DNA of 64,000 nucleotides from a virus, in the IMG/VR virus record IMGVR_UViG_3300008259_000014, positions 38,311-102,310 of that record; one strand, 5' to 3'. Positions 1-9,495 of this stretch are shown here, piece after piece. The translations under genes were made by a program, and so were the position numbers. The first letter of the stretch is position 1, and each line of letters begins with the position of its first letter. A model generated the notes under the pieces. The model was not told the origin of the DNA and searched no databases. It was given only the letters and a program-made list of their open reading frames with translations.

Positions 1-118
1 ATTCTCTCTGATAATAGGCTGGAATATATTCCATACTATCGCCATACTTCATCCAAAAGGCAAACCTTGAACCAAATCCATCTCTACAATCTGCATGATA
101 TATTAAAACTGGTTTCAT
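1..118 (-). CDS. DHH-family phosphoesterase, N-terminal fragment (runs off window)
   Basis: Manual translation MKPVLIYHADCRDGFGSRFAFW...; YHxDCxDG is DHH motif I; ATG overlaps the TGA of the upstream ORF (ATGA). Confidence 0.65.
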   Translation of the reverse strand, partial: MKPVLIYHADCRDGFGSRFAFWMKYGDSMEYIPAYYQRE

Positions 119-462
119 GATATTGACTCTGGTGAGTGAGCAAAGTAAATATCCTCTACTAAATCACAATCATTTCTAATTATTAGTGTGATTGCTTTTT
201 TCATTTCTTCGATGGAGTCTGCCTGCATTAAAACTCCATTATATGTCATTTTTAGAAGATTTAAGCTTTCTAGAACGTCACACTTTGCTACTGCCAAATG
301 TGTTACCCCAGATTTATTTACAGCCTCGACAAGCTTATTCATATTCAGCCAATTAACTTTCCTTGCAATTCCGCTGGTTGCTTCACATATTTTACCTAAA
401 AAAAATCCATCCGGGCAGCCGGTATCAAAACTAATATCTAGCCTCATAAAAACACTCTCCAT
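115..462 (-). CDS. Stand-alone paralog of the PurA C-terminal subdomain
   Basis: Aligns with the last ~110 aa of the adjacent PurA (RKVNWLN/RKVNYLN, KCDVLE, VEDxY). Confidence 0.7.
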   Translation of the reverse strand: MESVFMRLDISFDTGCPDGFFLGKICEATSGIARKVNWLNMNKLVEAVNKSGVTHLAVAKCDVLESLNLLKMTYNGVLMQADSIEEMKKAITLIIRNDCDLVEDIYFAHSPESIS

Positions 463-496
463 TAAGTAATGGCAAATTATCTATATAAAAATTGAT

Positions 497-1603
497 TTAA
501 AGACTCAACCCCTCTACTACCTCTTTTGAGGAAGAATAATAGAAATCCTCAACATCAGGACACTCTATTGTGAGAATGTCGGAAATACAATCTTTCATCA
601 TTTTTAACGAATCAAATGATATTAAATTATTTTTATAATACATTTTATATATCTTTACTTCTTCCAAAACATCACACTTCGATATTATCAATTTATTTCC
701 GCCACCAGTTTTTAATGCAAAGATAAGACGATCTAGGTTAAGATAGTTTACCTTGCGGCGGCGACCAGTGGTAACACCATATTCTTGTCCAACTTCTCCA
801 ATCTTTTCCAAATCTGGATTATCAAAAAGTGTTTCTGGAAAATCAGGATCTTCACCAGAACGTGTCTCATAAATTTTAGCTACTGCATAAATGTTTTTTA
901 TTTTCTTTGGAGGAAAGCCAATAGAGCAAGCCGCATATGGAAGTGTCTCACTGGACGTGACATATGGATAATTTCCATAGTTTATATCAAGATAAAAACC
1001 CTGAGCACCCTCGCAAAGTATATTTCCATACAAATTTCCATCAAACAAGAAATCTCTCCAGGCCCTCTTTTTATCTCCAATCTTAAATGTCCGTTTATTG
1101 TCTATCCCGGCTATAGACTCAAATCTTACACCTGTTCTAGAATACTTTTCGCCGTAGGCTGGCGCAATGCCTCTTGAAGTTGTTCCTAGTTTCTTAGAAA
1201 GATTAGACTTATCAAAATCTATATGATTTTCAGACACAATGTGTGCCATTGGCGAAATTTTAACTAAGTCAATATTAAAACCGTTACTATCTAGATAGAT
1301 CAACTCACCCATTAGGGAGTCAAGATTAACAACGCATCCAGGTCCAATAAGAGACTTTATTCCATGAAAGACACCGGATGGAATCAAATGTGTCTTATAT
1401 TTTTCACCATTTACATAGACTGTGTGGCCAGCATTTGCCCCTCCACCCCATCTAGCTACAAAATCATAATACTTATTGCCAGATCCATCTTGTGATGCTT
1501 GAGGGTCTAATTGCGATGAAAGATAAGATGAAACCTTGCCTTTACTTTCATCTCCGTAGCTAGCACCATATACAATATCAACAGATACAACTTTGCCACT
1601 CAT
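497..1603 (-). CDS. purA: Adenylosuccinate synthetase
   Basis: GDESKGK P-loop, GGANAGHT, EGAQG, GNYPYVTSS, GVTTGRRR. Confidence 0.95.
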   Translation of the reverse strand: MSGKVVSVDIVYGASYGDESKGKVSSYLSSQLDPQASQDGSGNKYYDFVARWGGGANAGHTVYVNGEKYKTHLIPSGVFHGIKSLIGPGCVVNLDSLMGELIYLDSNGFNIDLVKISPMAHIVSENHIDFDKSNLSKKLGTTSRGIAPAYGEKYSRTGVRFESIAGIDNKRTFKIGDKKRAWRDFLFDGNLYGNILCEGAQGFYLDINYGNYPYVTSSETLPYAACSIGFPPKKIKNIYAVAKIYETRSGEDPDFPETLFDNPDLEKIGEVGQEYGVTTGRRRKVNYLNLDRLIFALKTGGGNKLIISKCDVLEEVKIYKMYYKNNLISFDSLKMMKDCISDILTIECPDVEDFYYSSSKEVVEGLSL

Positions 1604-2505
1604 TAATCCTCCAGAATTATTTTAAAACTTTCAATATTTATTTGCTTCTTTTTGTTATCATTAATTATAAAATGATATTTATATCCCTTTTCCTCACAGT
1701 ATTTTGTTGCCGAGGCAATTTTTGCCTCATTCTTTTCTTTATATTGTTCGTACCAATATGTACTTTTAATTTCAATTAATTTTATTTTACCATTAACATT
1801 AATTTTAAAGTCTATAAAATATCTGTGTGAATTCCCATTAAATTTATAATATAAAAAAGGACCATCTTCAATTTTTATATTGCTTTCTTCACAAAAAGAA
1901 ACAAAAAGCTTTTCGTAAGACCCTTGAACAAGTATCTTGTCGCCAAACTTTGTTTGGTAATATTCAGCCTTAGCCCTTCCGCCGCCATTTATTGCAGCGC
2001 GCTGAGCAATCTCCGGTTTAAACATTGGGTTTTCTACCCCATATTTTTCGATGTATGTCTTTCTTGCCTTGGATAAAGTTTCTTTCGACTGGCCTGGATG
2101 CTCAACGCCATGATTTTTTAGACATGTTTTTATCTTCTTATCTTTAGTCTCTTTTAGCTGCGAAGTATTCTCCACCCCATATTTTTCGAGCATTGTTTTT
2201 TTTGATTTTTGCTTTATATGATCAAGTTGAAAATTATTTGTTACACCATATTTTTTAAATAATTCATCATTCTTCATTTTGTTGGCACACTTTTTTGAAC
2301 AAGTCTTTGTGTAGCCAGAATCTAATTCTCTAAATCCTTTGAAGTTTGTTTCAGCTCCGCATATAATACACAGCCCATCTAATTCTTTTTTTAAATGTTC
2401 ATCATAATATTGTTTTAAGTTTTTATTATGTTTTAATTTTGTATGTGTTCCAAGATAATTCAACCTACAGCTAAAGCCACATTCAATGCATTCTATATTT
2501 CTCAT
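1603..2505 (-). mobile_element. Free-standing homing-type endonuclease (Zn fingers, KYGV repeats, PD-(D/E)xK C-terminus)
   Basis: CxxC pairs, repeated K(Y/H)GVEN, C-terminal YFIDF...IEIKS; stop overlaps the purA start (TAATG). Confidence 0.7.
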
Positions 2506-2554
2506 TATTACCTCAGTATAATTATACCAAGGTAGCGACAGTCATATAATCTCC

Positions 2555-2589
2555 AAAAATTAAAGGCCACCGCGATGGTGGCCTTTAAT
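2555..2589 (-). terminator. Intrinsic terminator with a competing upstream strand
   Basis: 13-bp stem ATTAAAGGCCACC/GGTGGCCTTTAAT then a T-tract; second GGTGGCC at 2592-2598. Confidence 0.75.
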
Positions 2590-2604
2590 CCGGCCACCTC
2601 TGCT

Positions 2605-2632
2605 ATGGTAACCAGGGATTAGACTGCTGCAA
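2605..2632 (-). promoter_or_regulatory. Sigma70-like promoter TTGCAG-16-TACCAT
   Basis: Shares the spacer core CTAATCCCTGGTTA with the promoter at ~55805-55830. Confidence 0.55.
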
Positions 2633-2637
2633 CAAAA

Positions 2638-4095
2638 TTAAATAACGCCCTTCTTTTCGAGCTTATCTAGGCGGTTTTGCCTTGCAGAAGTTTTTCCCAT
2701 ATTTTTACTGGCCTGATCAATCTCCCCTCCCCTAGATTCTCTTCTGAATGGAAGTCTTTTTTGCCTTCTACTTTTATTCATAAATGTTTTAAAAGCCTCT
2801 GCTCTTGCTGAAGATACTCCAGCTCCAACAAGTCTATCTGCTAATCTGGCCACCTCTAGAGGTCCCAATGCAGCTCTAACTCTTCCGTCTCCTCTTCCTA
2901 TAGGTGCTACATTTTCACTTGCTCCGTCTTTTATGTAAAACTGTGGATTTCCTGAGTTTACAGAATCTATAGTTAAGAATATCTGATCTTTTCCAAATGT
3001 TCCTATTGATACTGCTGGCCTTCCGTTTACAGTTTCAGATACTAAGCCTCCAGTTGATGCTGGTGCTGGTGTTACTGGCGCTGCTGCTGGCGTTGGTGTT
3101 ACTGCGGCTGGTGCTACTGGAGTGTTTACTGCTGGAGTTGCTTCTTTAATTTCTTCAACTTCTCCATTGCTAATTTGATTATTTAGAATTCTTGCAAAAT
3201 TGTTCCAATTTCTGTAATTGCCTGGGGTTAACTTCTTTTCTATTTCATTATCTTTGCTTACAAAAACCTCATTATTGCTAATAATTCTATATTGGTATCC
3301 ATTTCTTTGATCTTTGTAAGTTTTACCAATATATCCTGCTACTATTAGAGTTGTGGCAGGTCTTACAACCGGACTTGTTTGTGCGGCGCGACTTGAGGTC
3401 ATTCTTTCTGCTAACTGATAACCATCATCTCCAGGATGTGCAATACTTTTAGGAACTCCGTCTATAGTTTCAGGAACCCTCATTGCATTCTGTTTCTCAA
3501 TATATCTTTCTTGCAATATACTTATATATTTTAAGTTTTCAATTATCTTATCAACGTTTCTGTATAAACCGTATATACCTTTATTGTCTGCTTCATTAAT
3601 AATTTTTATTGCAAAATTTTCAGCATTAAATGGTTTTTTTAAAAGTTCTTCAGTAGCAGTATTAACAAGATATTCTACAGATTTAGAAGGTAGACCACTA
3701 AGATCTCCTCCAGGGCCTGTTACATAATCCTCATTTAAGATTGTTCTTATATGAATTCCCACCTGTCTTTTGAGATCTTCATAGTCAGATATTTTCTCAT
3801 CTTCTTGCGCAACTTTTATCAAATTCTTATAACCAATTCCGCTCAATGCATGATTTAACTTAATTAATTCTTTTTTCATTTCATATCCTATCTTATAATT
3901 AAAAAATTTATTTGAAGCCAAAACAGCCTCGCCGGAATGGTCCAAATTTTCAAAACCATCCACTTCCATTGTATTAAATCCAGATTTATTAGCAGATTCA
4001 GCGTCTTCTTCTTTGAATTCACTAACTTCTACATTTTCAGAACCAGGCACATTTTGTGCTGGCATTGATAAAAGACCTGTTGCCAACTTTCTCAT
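2638..4095 (-). CDS. Hypothetical protein, probable virion/internal head protein
   Basis: 485 aa; K-x-A motifs; Pro/Ala/Thr-rich linker. Confidence 0.5.
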   Translation of the reverse strand: MRKLATGLLSMPAQNVPGSENVEVSEFKEEDAESANKSGFNTMEVDGFENLDHSGEAVLASNKFFNYKIGYEMKKELIKLNHALSGIGYKNLIKVAQEDEKISDYEDLKRQVGIHIRTILNEDYVTGPGGDLSGLPSKSVEYLVNTATEELLKKPFNAENFAIKIINEADNKGIYGLYRNVDKIIENLKYISILQERYIEKQNAMRVPETIDGVPKSIAHPGDDGYQLAERMTSSRAAQTSPVVRPATTLIVAGYIGKTYKDQRNGYQYRIISNNEVFVSKDNEIEKKLTPGNYRNWNNFARILNNQISNGEVEEIKEATPAVNTPVAPAAVTPTPAAAPVTPAPASTGGLVSETVNGRPAVSIGTFGKDQIFLTIDSVNSGNPQFYIKDGASENVAPIGRGDGRVRAALGPLEVARLADRLVGAGVSSARAEAFKTFMNKSRRQKRLPFRRESRGGEIDQASKNMGKTSARQNRLDKLEKKGVI

Positions 4096-4622
4096 CTTTT
4101 TACTTTTCCATTTTTTTCATTAGAGAACTCGTTAGCCATTTTTCCCAATAAGCCTCTATAGTAAGCTAGCTTTACATCCTGTGGAAGCTGCGGAATAAAA
4201 GCCTTTTCTGCTGATTCTGCTCTGCCTTCTCCACCTGGAAAATCACCAGTAGATGGATTGAAGTCTTCAATGTGAGCATGCTCATGCATTAAAACTTGAG
4301 CAATTTGACCTAGCACTTGTGCAAATTGATCTTCTGATATATTCTGCGGCATATTTGGCAATACAAAATGAATCTTGTCAATTTTTCCGTTATCATTCTT
4401 ATCTGCACTTGAAACATAAGCTATTGATTCTGGCTTGTCAGATGGCTTTTGAGCATCAAAAACTATTTTATCAGCACTATTTAGAATAGTTTTTATTTCT
4501 GGCTTTAAATTCGTAATCTTTAAAAGCTCTCCCTTCATCTTCATCCAATAACTAGGAGGAGAACCCTTTGGAGGCTCATTTTGAAGCTGGGCAGTTTTAT
4601 GAATCTTAAAATTATATGACAT
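4092..4622 (-). CDS. Putative HExxH zinc metallopeptidase-like protein
   Basis: LMHEHAH motif plus downstream Glu; N-terminal KTAQ. Confidence 0.45.
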   Translation of the reverse strand: MSYNFKIHKTAQLQNEPPKGSPPSYWMKMKGELLKITNLKPEIKTILNSADKIVFDAQKPSDKPESIAYVSSADKNDNGKIDKIHFVLPNMPQNISEDQFAQVLGQIAQVLMHEHAHIEDFNPSTGDFPGGEGRAESAEKAFIPQLPQDVKLAYYRGLLGKMANEFSNEKNGKVKR

Positions 4623-4660
4623 ATTTTTTGACCTACAAAATAGATTATTTAATTAATAGA

Positions 4661-5011
4661 TCAATCTGTTTGTCTTGCAATCTTTAATAATTCTGCCAAA
4701 ATCTCTAGTCTTGACTTCTTTATTGTTGGAGCTCTTTTTGGCTTTCTTGCTCCACCGCCTGCTGACTGACTAGGCTTTGTTTTTTCTGCTTTTCTTTTCT
4801 TTCTTATTGAAGATTCTTCTTCCTTGCTAGAAAGCTCTCTTGTTGTAACTGGAGTTTCCTTAGTTACTCTCTTTGAAGGTCTGCATTTTGGATATGCGCC
4901 AGAATCAGCATCTGGTCTTCCGCACTCTTTATATTTTCCAGATTTATCCTTCTTAGATATATCAACCCACTTTTCAGAAAACCATCTGTCCAATTCTGCT
5001 TCTTTTATCAT
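4661..5011 (-). CDS. Conserved basic phage hypothetical protein
   Basis: LDRWFxEKWVD...CGR...YPKCRP pattern recalled from large-phage proteins. Confidence 0.55.
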   Translation of the reverse strand: MIKEAELDRWFSEKWVDISKKDKSGKYKECGRPDADSGAYPKCRPSKRVTKETPVTTRELSSKEEESSIRKKRKAEKTKPSQSAGGGARKPKRAPTIKKSRLEILAELLKIARQTD

Positions 5012-6204
5012 ATTTTTTTCTTACCTCTCCATCCACCACCATGCTCTTTATACCACTTTAGAGCATATCCATTGGCATAAGCACTAGGATAAACGTCGTA
5101 CTTCCTCTTAGCCTCTGCTATAGCCCTTGACCACAAAGGTTTGTTTGTTGGAGTTCTTTTCTTTTTTTTAGCTGCAACTTTATTTAAGTCTTTTAGAGCT
5201 TTTCCTAATTTCTTTAATAACGTATTTAGCCTTTCATCAGAGTACTTTATATTTTTATCATTATCTAATTCTATTTTTCCAGAATTTACAAGATACTTGA
5301 CTGTGGCATCTATATTTTCTTTTATTTTTTCATTTAACTCTTTGACGCCAAGAATATCACATATGTCTTTATATGCAGACTCTGAAGAATATTTTAATGA
5401 ATAATCAGTCATTGGCAAGATAACAATAAATTGATTTACATTGTCTAAACTTAAAATAGAATAATCAAATCCTCTTTCTAATCTTTTCTGCATAAACAAT
5501 ACAACATCTTCTGCTGTCTTGAAATTTTTGTCACCTAATACTATATTCGTAAGGTTTTGAGATGTTTTTTCAAAATTACTTTTTATTGTTTCAAAGCTTT
5601 TAGTCAAGCTATCAACCTTTGCTTCATTAAGCCTTGTTGAATAACCTTTGATTCTTGCCTTTTCCAAATCTTGTTTAGCTTTGTCTAGAGCATCTTGTGC
5701 AGAAATAAACTCAGGCTTTAGCTTTAAAAACTCTTCAAAATATGGCTTTGCATTTGTACACCAAACAGGCAAAACTCTATATTCATTATCTAGTATAGTA
5801 GGAATTTTTTCTTGTACAGGCCTTGATTCAACTTCTGCTTTTTCCTGTTTCTTTTTGGGAGTTCCATCCCATTCATTAAATATTTCACTTGGAAGGCTGC
5901 CTCCAAAAATATCTCTCATGTAGGGGTAATAATCTAGAGCTTTAAAGGCTCTTTTCCATGACTGAACTTCATTTCTATTCTCTCCCTCCATAGAGGCGGA
6001 AAGAGTTATGAATATTGGCTTTCCTATAGTTTCAGGATCGGCACCCTTTACATTTAAATAAACTGGAGATCTTTTTTCGCCATACTCATTAATATATTTT
6101 GGAGGATGATATTTATAATGCTTCCCTCCATATACCTCTTCAAATCCGGCTCTAAGCATTAAGCGTACAAAATCTGAAGAGTCTCCAGCTAATTTATCGA
6201 ACAT
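5008..6204 (-). CDS. Hypothetical protein with conserved basic C-terminal module
   Basis: C-terminal PTNKPLW...YPSAYANG...YKEHGGGW; strong RBS. Confidence 0.55.
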   Translation of the reverse strand: MFDKLAGDSSDFVRLMLRAGFEEVYGGKHYKYHPPKYINEYGEKRSPVYLNVKGADPETIGKPIFITLSASMEGENRNEVQSWKRAFKALDYYPYMRDIFGGSLPSEIFNEWDGTPKKKQEKAEVESRPVQEKIPTILDNEYRVLPVWCTNAKPYFEEFLKLKPEFISAQDALDKAKQDLEKARIKGYSTRLNEAKVDSLTKSFETIKSNFEKTSQNLTNIVLGDKNFKTAEDVVLFMQKRLERGFDYSILSLDNVNQFIVILPMTDYSLKYSSESAYKDICDILGVKELNEKIKENIDATVKYLVNSGKIELDNDKNIKYSDERLNTLLKKLGKALKDLNKVAAKKKKRTPTNKPLWSRAIAEAKRKYDVYPSAYANGYALKWYKEHGGGWRGKKKI

Positions 6205-6245
6205 TTAATCTCCTAAACTAAAACATAATTTTTAATTAATAGAGA

Positions 6246-6626
6246 CTATATAATAACTTTTGTACAACGAATTTTTCTCTTTTCCGCTTCTTTTATTTCC
6301 AAATCATTATCATCATAATGATGATCTATTTTCAACTCTAGAAGCTTTGAATATTTCAAACCTCCTGTAAAGTGAAAATCATAAAAATAATTGAGCAACC
6401 CAGACTGACTTAAGAAAGATAATACAAAATTTCTATTTTCAGTAGTGTCTGGTCTTGCAGTAACTAAATAAACTTTGCCGTTAGCATAAGCAGACATAAT
6501 CTCCTCAACTATTTTTTTATTTAGTTTTCCAGTCATTGAAGATCTAATTGTATCATCAAAATCAAAAGATGTATTTAGTGATGAGGCAATTTTAAAAAGA
6601 TTATTTATTTTAATCGCTCTATTCAA
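6246..6626 (-). CDS. HAD-superfamily phosphatase
   Basis: FDFDDT, VTAR, YDD motifs; start moved to the TTG at 6626 behind GGAG. Confidence 0.7.
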   Translation of the reverse strand: MNRAIKINNLFKIASSLNTSFDFDDTIRSSMTGKLNKKIVEEIMSAYANGKVYLVTARPDTTENRNFVLSFLSQSGLLNYFYDFHFTGGLKYSKLLELKIDHHYDDNDLEIKEAEKRKIRCTKVII

Positions 6627-6627
6627 T

Positions 6628-7362
6628 TTAACTCCAGTTTGAAAATTTCTTAGATAATCTTTGAATTTCTTCATTTGAAAGATTTGGAATCTTATCATAA
6701 GAATTATAATAATAGTGAAAATTTTCCTTAAAGAAATTTTTAAATATTTGTTTGTTTTGAGAAACCTGTTGATATTTATTTATCAATCCTTTGTCCCCCT
6801 CGACGGGGATTGATCTGTCTCTTTTCATATTTCCTTCTAGTGCCATATCCAGACTACCATCTACATATAGCATCTTTACAGAATAACCTCTTTCCATAAA
6901 AAGGTTGGCAAGCTCAATTGTCTTTGCGGAATCAGACCCAGTTATATTTATTATCAAACCCTGCCCCTTTTCGGCAGTATTTTGGTGAGCCTTGTCAATT
7001 ACCCTAAAGACGTCTTCTCTAATTCTATACATTTTCTCTAATTGCTCTTCTGAGTACTCGTTCATTTTTAATGGCATTTTTTCTTTTCTTAAGAGATTCT
7101 GAAGAAAGAAATCAGAGTCATAACTTTTAAAACCAAGACCTCCCAGCACTAAGCTAGATATGGTGGACTTACCTATACCTGGAGGGCCAGCAGTTATTAC
7201 AAGCTTTTTTGCGGCATTAAAATTATAGCTTGCATTTTTATAGATAATATTATCTATAATTTTTGACTCACTAAAATGACTCATTGCTTTTAATAATGAG
7301 GAAAGCTGAGTTAAATAACTCAAATAACCGTTATTTACAATTGCCTCATCTAACTCTACCAT
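6628..7362 (-). CDS. P-loop kinase (zeta-toxin/AAA_33/PNK-like)
   Basis: GPPGIGKS Walker A, DSD, NMKRDR lid; start placed behind GAGGA. Confidence 0.7.
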   Translation of the reverse strand: MVELDEAIVNNGYLSYLTQLSSLLKAMSHFSESKIIDNIIYKNASYNFNAAKKLVITAGPPGIGKSTISSLVLGGLGFKSYDSDFFLQNLLRKEKMPLKMNEYSEEQLEKMYRIREDVFRVIDKAHQNTAEKGQGLIINITGSDSAKTIELANLFMERGYSVKMLYVDGSLDMALEGNMKRDRSIPVEGDKGLINKYQQVSQNKQIFKNFFKENFHYYYNSYDKIPNLSNEEIQRLSKKFSNWS

Positions 7363-7396
7363 TGGTCCTCTCCAGAAATGTGCATCACCACGCTTC

Positions 7397-7426
7397 AATA
7401 TTTAGCCAGGAAAATTTTCTTGGCAA
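7397..7426 (-). promoter_or_regulatory. Sigma70-like promoter TTGCCA-16-TAAATA
   Basis: CCTGG before the -10, as in sibling promoters. Confidence 0.45.
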
Positions 7427-7509
7427 TTTTTTATTTTTGTTGACAAGGTTGCCAAATACGCTTAGTATATATTTAAGCAGCCTAGGTTTGTAAAATTCCA
7501 CCAAACGCA

Positions 7510-7704
7510 TCACCTTCTCTTGATGGAATTTACCCACTCCGGTAGCCTAAGTATTATCCTGCTTTCTAGCAGCCTTAGATTTCCGCCCTTCTTCCTGCCC
7601 TCGTTTAGTAGAGCTATGGCAAACGCTATAGTCCTGTTTAGTTCTTTTTTTGGTATTTTGTTTGCCTTTGCATTCAAGTGTATTAAACTTATTATATCTA
7701 TCAT
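7510..7704 (-). CDS. Hypothetical protein
   Basis: 64-aa ORF coupled to the upstream gene. Confidence 0.5.
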   Translation of the reverse strand: MIDIISLIHLNAKANKIPKKELNRTIAFAIALLNEGRKKGGNLRLLESRIILRLPEWVNSIKRR

Positions 7705-8111
7705 GTATAAACAACCTTTCTAGGTCCTTTTTCAGGCTTTATCCAGTTTTTAGATATGGTAATTATATCTATTGTATTCTGCCTTATTACTGAGAAAAAC
7801 ATATTAAATGCTACAGCTCTTTTTCCGCGGCTTATTGTTCTTATTTCTATAAATTCTTTTTTAGAAGGGTCTTGCTTTGAAACAAACATATGCTTTACAT
7901 TTGCTGAAGAAGCTGCAAAGTCATTTGCAATGATATCGTTTAGTTCAAAATTTCTAGTGCGACTAAAATCATCTCGGCCATTTTGGCCTGCAAAATATTC
8001 TCTGTATTTCTTTCTAACAGTTGTAGAGATCCTTATTTGTTTTCCAGAAGCACCATCTATAATGGTAGAATCTTCAATTAGTGCTGTTTTTGTAATATAA
8101 TCATTGTTCAT
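7701..8111 (-). CDS. Hypothetical protein
   Basis: Start moved to MNNDYITKTA (the longer ORF start lies inside a terminator). Confidence 0.55.
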   Translation of the reverse strand: MNNDYITKTALIEDSTIIDGASGKQIRISTTVRKKYREYFAGQNGRDDFSRTRNFELNDIIANDFAASSANVKHMFVSKQDPSKKEFIEIRTISRGKRAVAFNMFFSVIRQNTIDIITISKNWIKPEKGPRKVVYT

Positions 8112-8133
8112 AAAGACTTGAGAAAATATTAGT

Positions 8134-8161
8134 AAAAAAAAAGGAGCCATATGGCTCCTTT
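8134..8161 (-). terminator. Intrinsic terminator
   Basis: AAGGAGCC-ATAT-GGCTCCTT plus T-tract. Confidence 0.8.
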
Positions 8162-8165
8162 AATT

Positions 8166-8498
8166 TTATCCCTCTTCTTCCTCTTCCTCTTCGTTCATAC
8201 CATCCTCATAGTCAACATTGAGGGCAAGAAACTTGTAAAAGGATTCATTATCTTTTATAAAGAGATCTTTTTTATCTTTGGATAGCTTCTCGTATCCAAG
8301 AGATAGGTTTACAACCTTTTTATGATCAAGATAGCTTGAAATGGCGCTTGTTTTTACACCAATGATTGTATCATCTGGCATGATAATCAGGCTTTCTACA
8401 ACCGACTGATCTGCCTCCCAGTCATAGGCAGAATCCTTTAGAAATCTGCGAATATAATTCTTATGAATAGGTGATGTTAGCCATTTTACATTACTCAT
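8166..8498 (-). CDS. Hypothetical protein, acidic tail
   Basis: ORF with GGAG RBS, coupled. Confidence 0.6.
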   Translation of the reverse strand: MSNVKWLTSPIHKNYIRRFLKDSAYDWEADQSVVESLIIMPDDTIIGVKTSAISSYLDHKKVVNLSLGYEKLSKDKKDLFIKDNESFYKFLALNVDYEDGMNEEEEEEEG

Positions 8499-9495
8499 TG
8501 TACATTCTCCGCTTTAGTGTTTCTTTAGCTCTGTAAGATGAGAAGCTGACAAATCTCCAAATTGAGTCATCTGGAGCAAGCCTTGCTATTACATCTTGTA
8601 CATTCTCATGTCGTACATCCTGAAAGGTACTAAGTATTTCTTCTGTATTTTTATACAGAGAATAAATCTCAGGTGTGAAAAAAGTCTCAACTGCAATCAT
8701 GCAAGCTTGTGAGCTTTGCTCTGATCTAATCTTTCTAGCAGTCTTTTTATTCAAAAGTCCATGCTTAATAAAAACCGAGTATGCCTGACCGCGAGCAAAT
8801 GGAGTCTTATGCTTAAATTCATCAAAGCAAATCTTTTTCATTGCAAAAGCAACATAATCTTTTGGAAGCAATTTTATTATTCTTTCAATATTTGAAAAGT
8901 TAATAGGTGCAAACCTTTCGCTTGAAATACGAATTATATAAGTCCATATAGATATTGATAAAATCCTTTTTAAATCAAAAGATTCAGGATTATTTTCTAT
9001 TGATTTTAGTAGCAAGTTATTTTCATTGCTAATAAAATCAAGTGCAGTGTCACGATCTCCTGCTAGAAGATTGTTTAGATCAGCCTCTACAATACTCTTT
9101 AGAGAAGGTAAATTATCTACATTAATTTTATACACATTAATAATATTATTAAACCATTCTCTTTGTATGCAAAAAATATCTTTATATTTATTAAATAATT
9201 TTTCGTCACTTACAATGGCATTAATATCGCTTTTTATATTTTTGTCGTTTAAATAGCCCCAGCTAAAAGATTTTATTAGGCCAACTTTTGCAATATATTC
9301 AAACATGTCATTTGTGCTCTCAAGAATCTCATAATATGTTTTGCAACCAAAAATATGCTTTACTTCTCTAGAGCTGTCATACAGCGGCTTTGGATAAGAG
9401 TCTTCAAAAGATACTACTTCACCATCATCTTCATCTTCATCAGATGAGTCATTGCTTACTGAAACCTTTGCTGCCATGGTTAAATTTTTAATCAT
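8491..9495 (-). CDS. Hypothetical protein
   Basis: 334-aa ORF. Confidence 0.65.
   Translation of the reverse strand: MIKNLTMAAKVSVSNDSSDEDEDDGEVVSFEDSYPKPLYDSSREVKHIFGCKTYYEILESTNDMFEYIAKVGLIKSFSWGYLNDKNIKSDINAIVSDEKLFNKYKDIFCIQREWFNNIINVYKINVDNLPSLKSIVEADLNNLLAGDRDTALDFISNENNLLLKSIENNPESFDLKRILSISIWTYIIRISSERFAPINFSNIERIIKLLPKDYVAFAMKKICFDEFKHKTPFARGQAYSVFIKHGLLNKKTARKIRSEQSSQACMIAVETFFTPEIYSLYKNTEEILSTFQDVRHENVQDVIARLAPDDSIWRFVSFSSYRAKETLKRRMYNE

Noticed and set aside
497-1603. PurZ / 2-aminoadenine (Z-genome) pathway
   Set aside because: The catalytic Asp is retained (GDESKGK) whereas PurZ has Ser there; no DatZ- or MazZ-like gene seen in the window
1603-2545. Group I intron or intein splitting purA
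   Set aside because: purA has a complete N-terminus and there is no room for an intron core in the flanks
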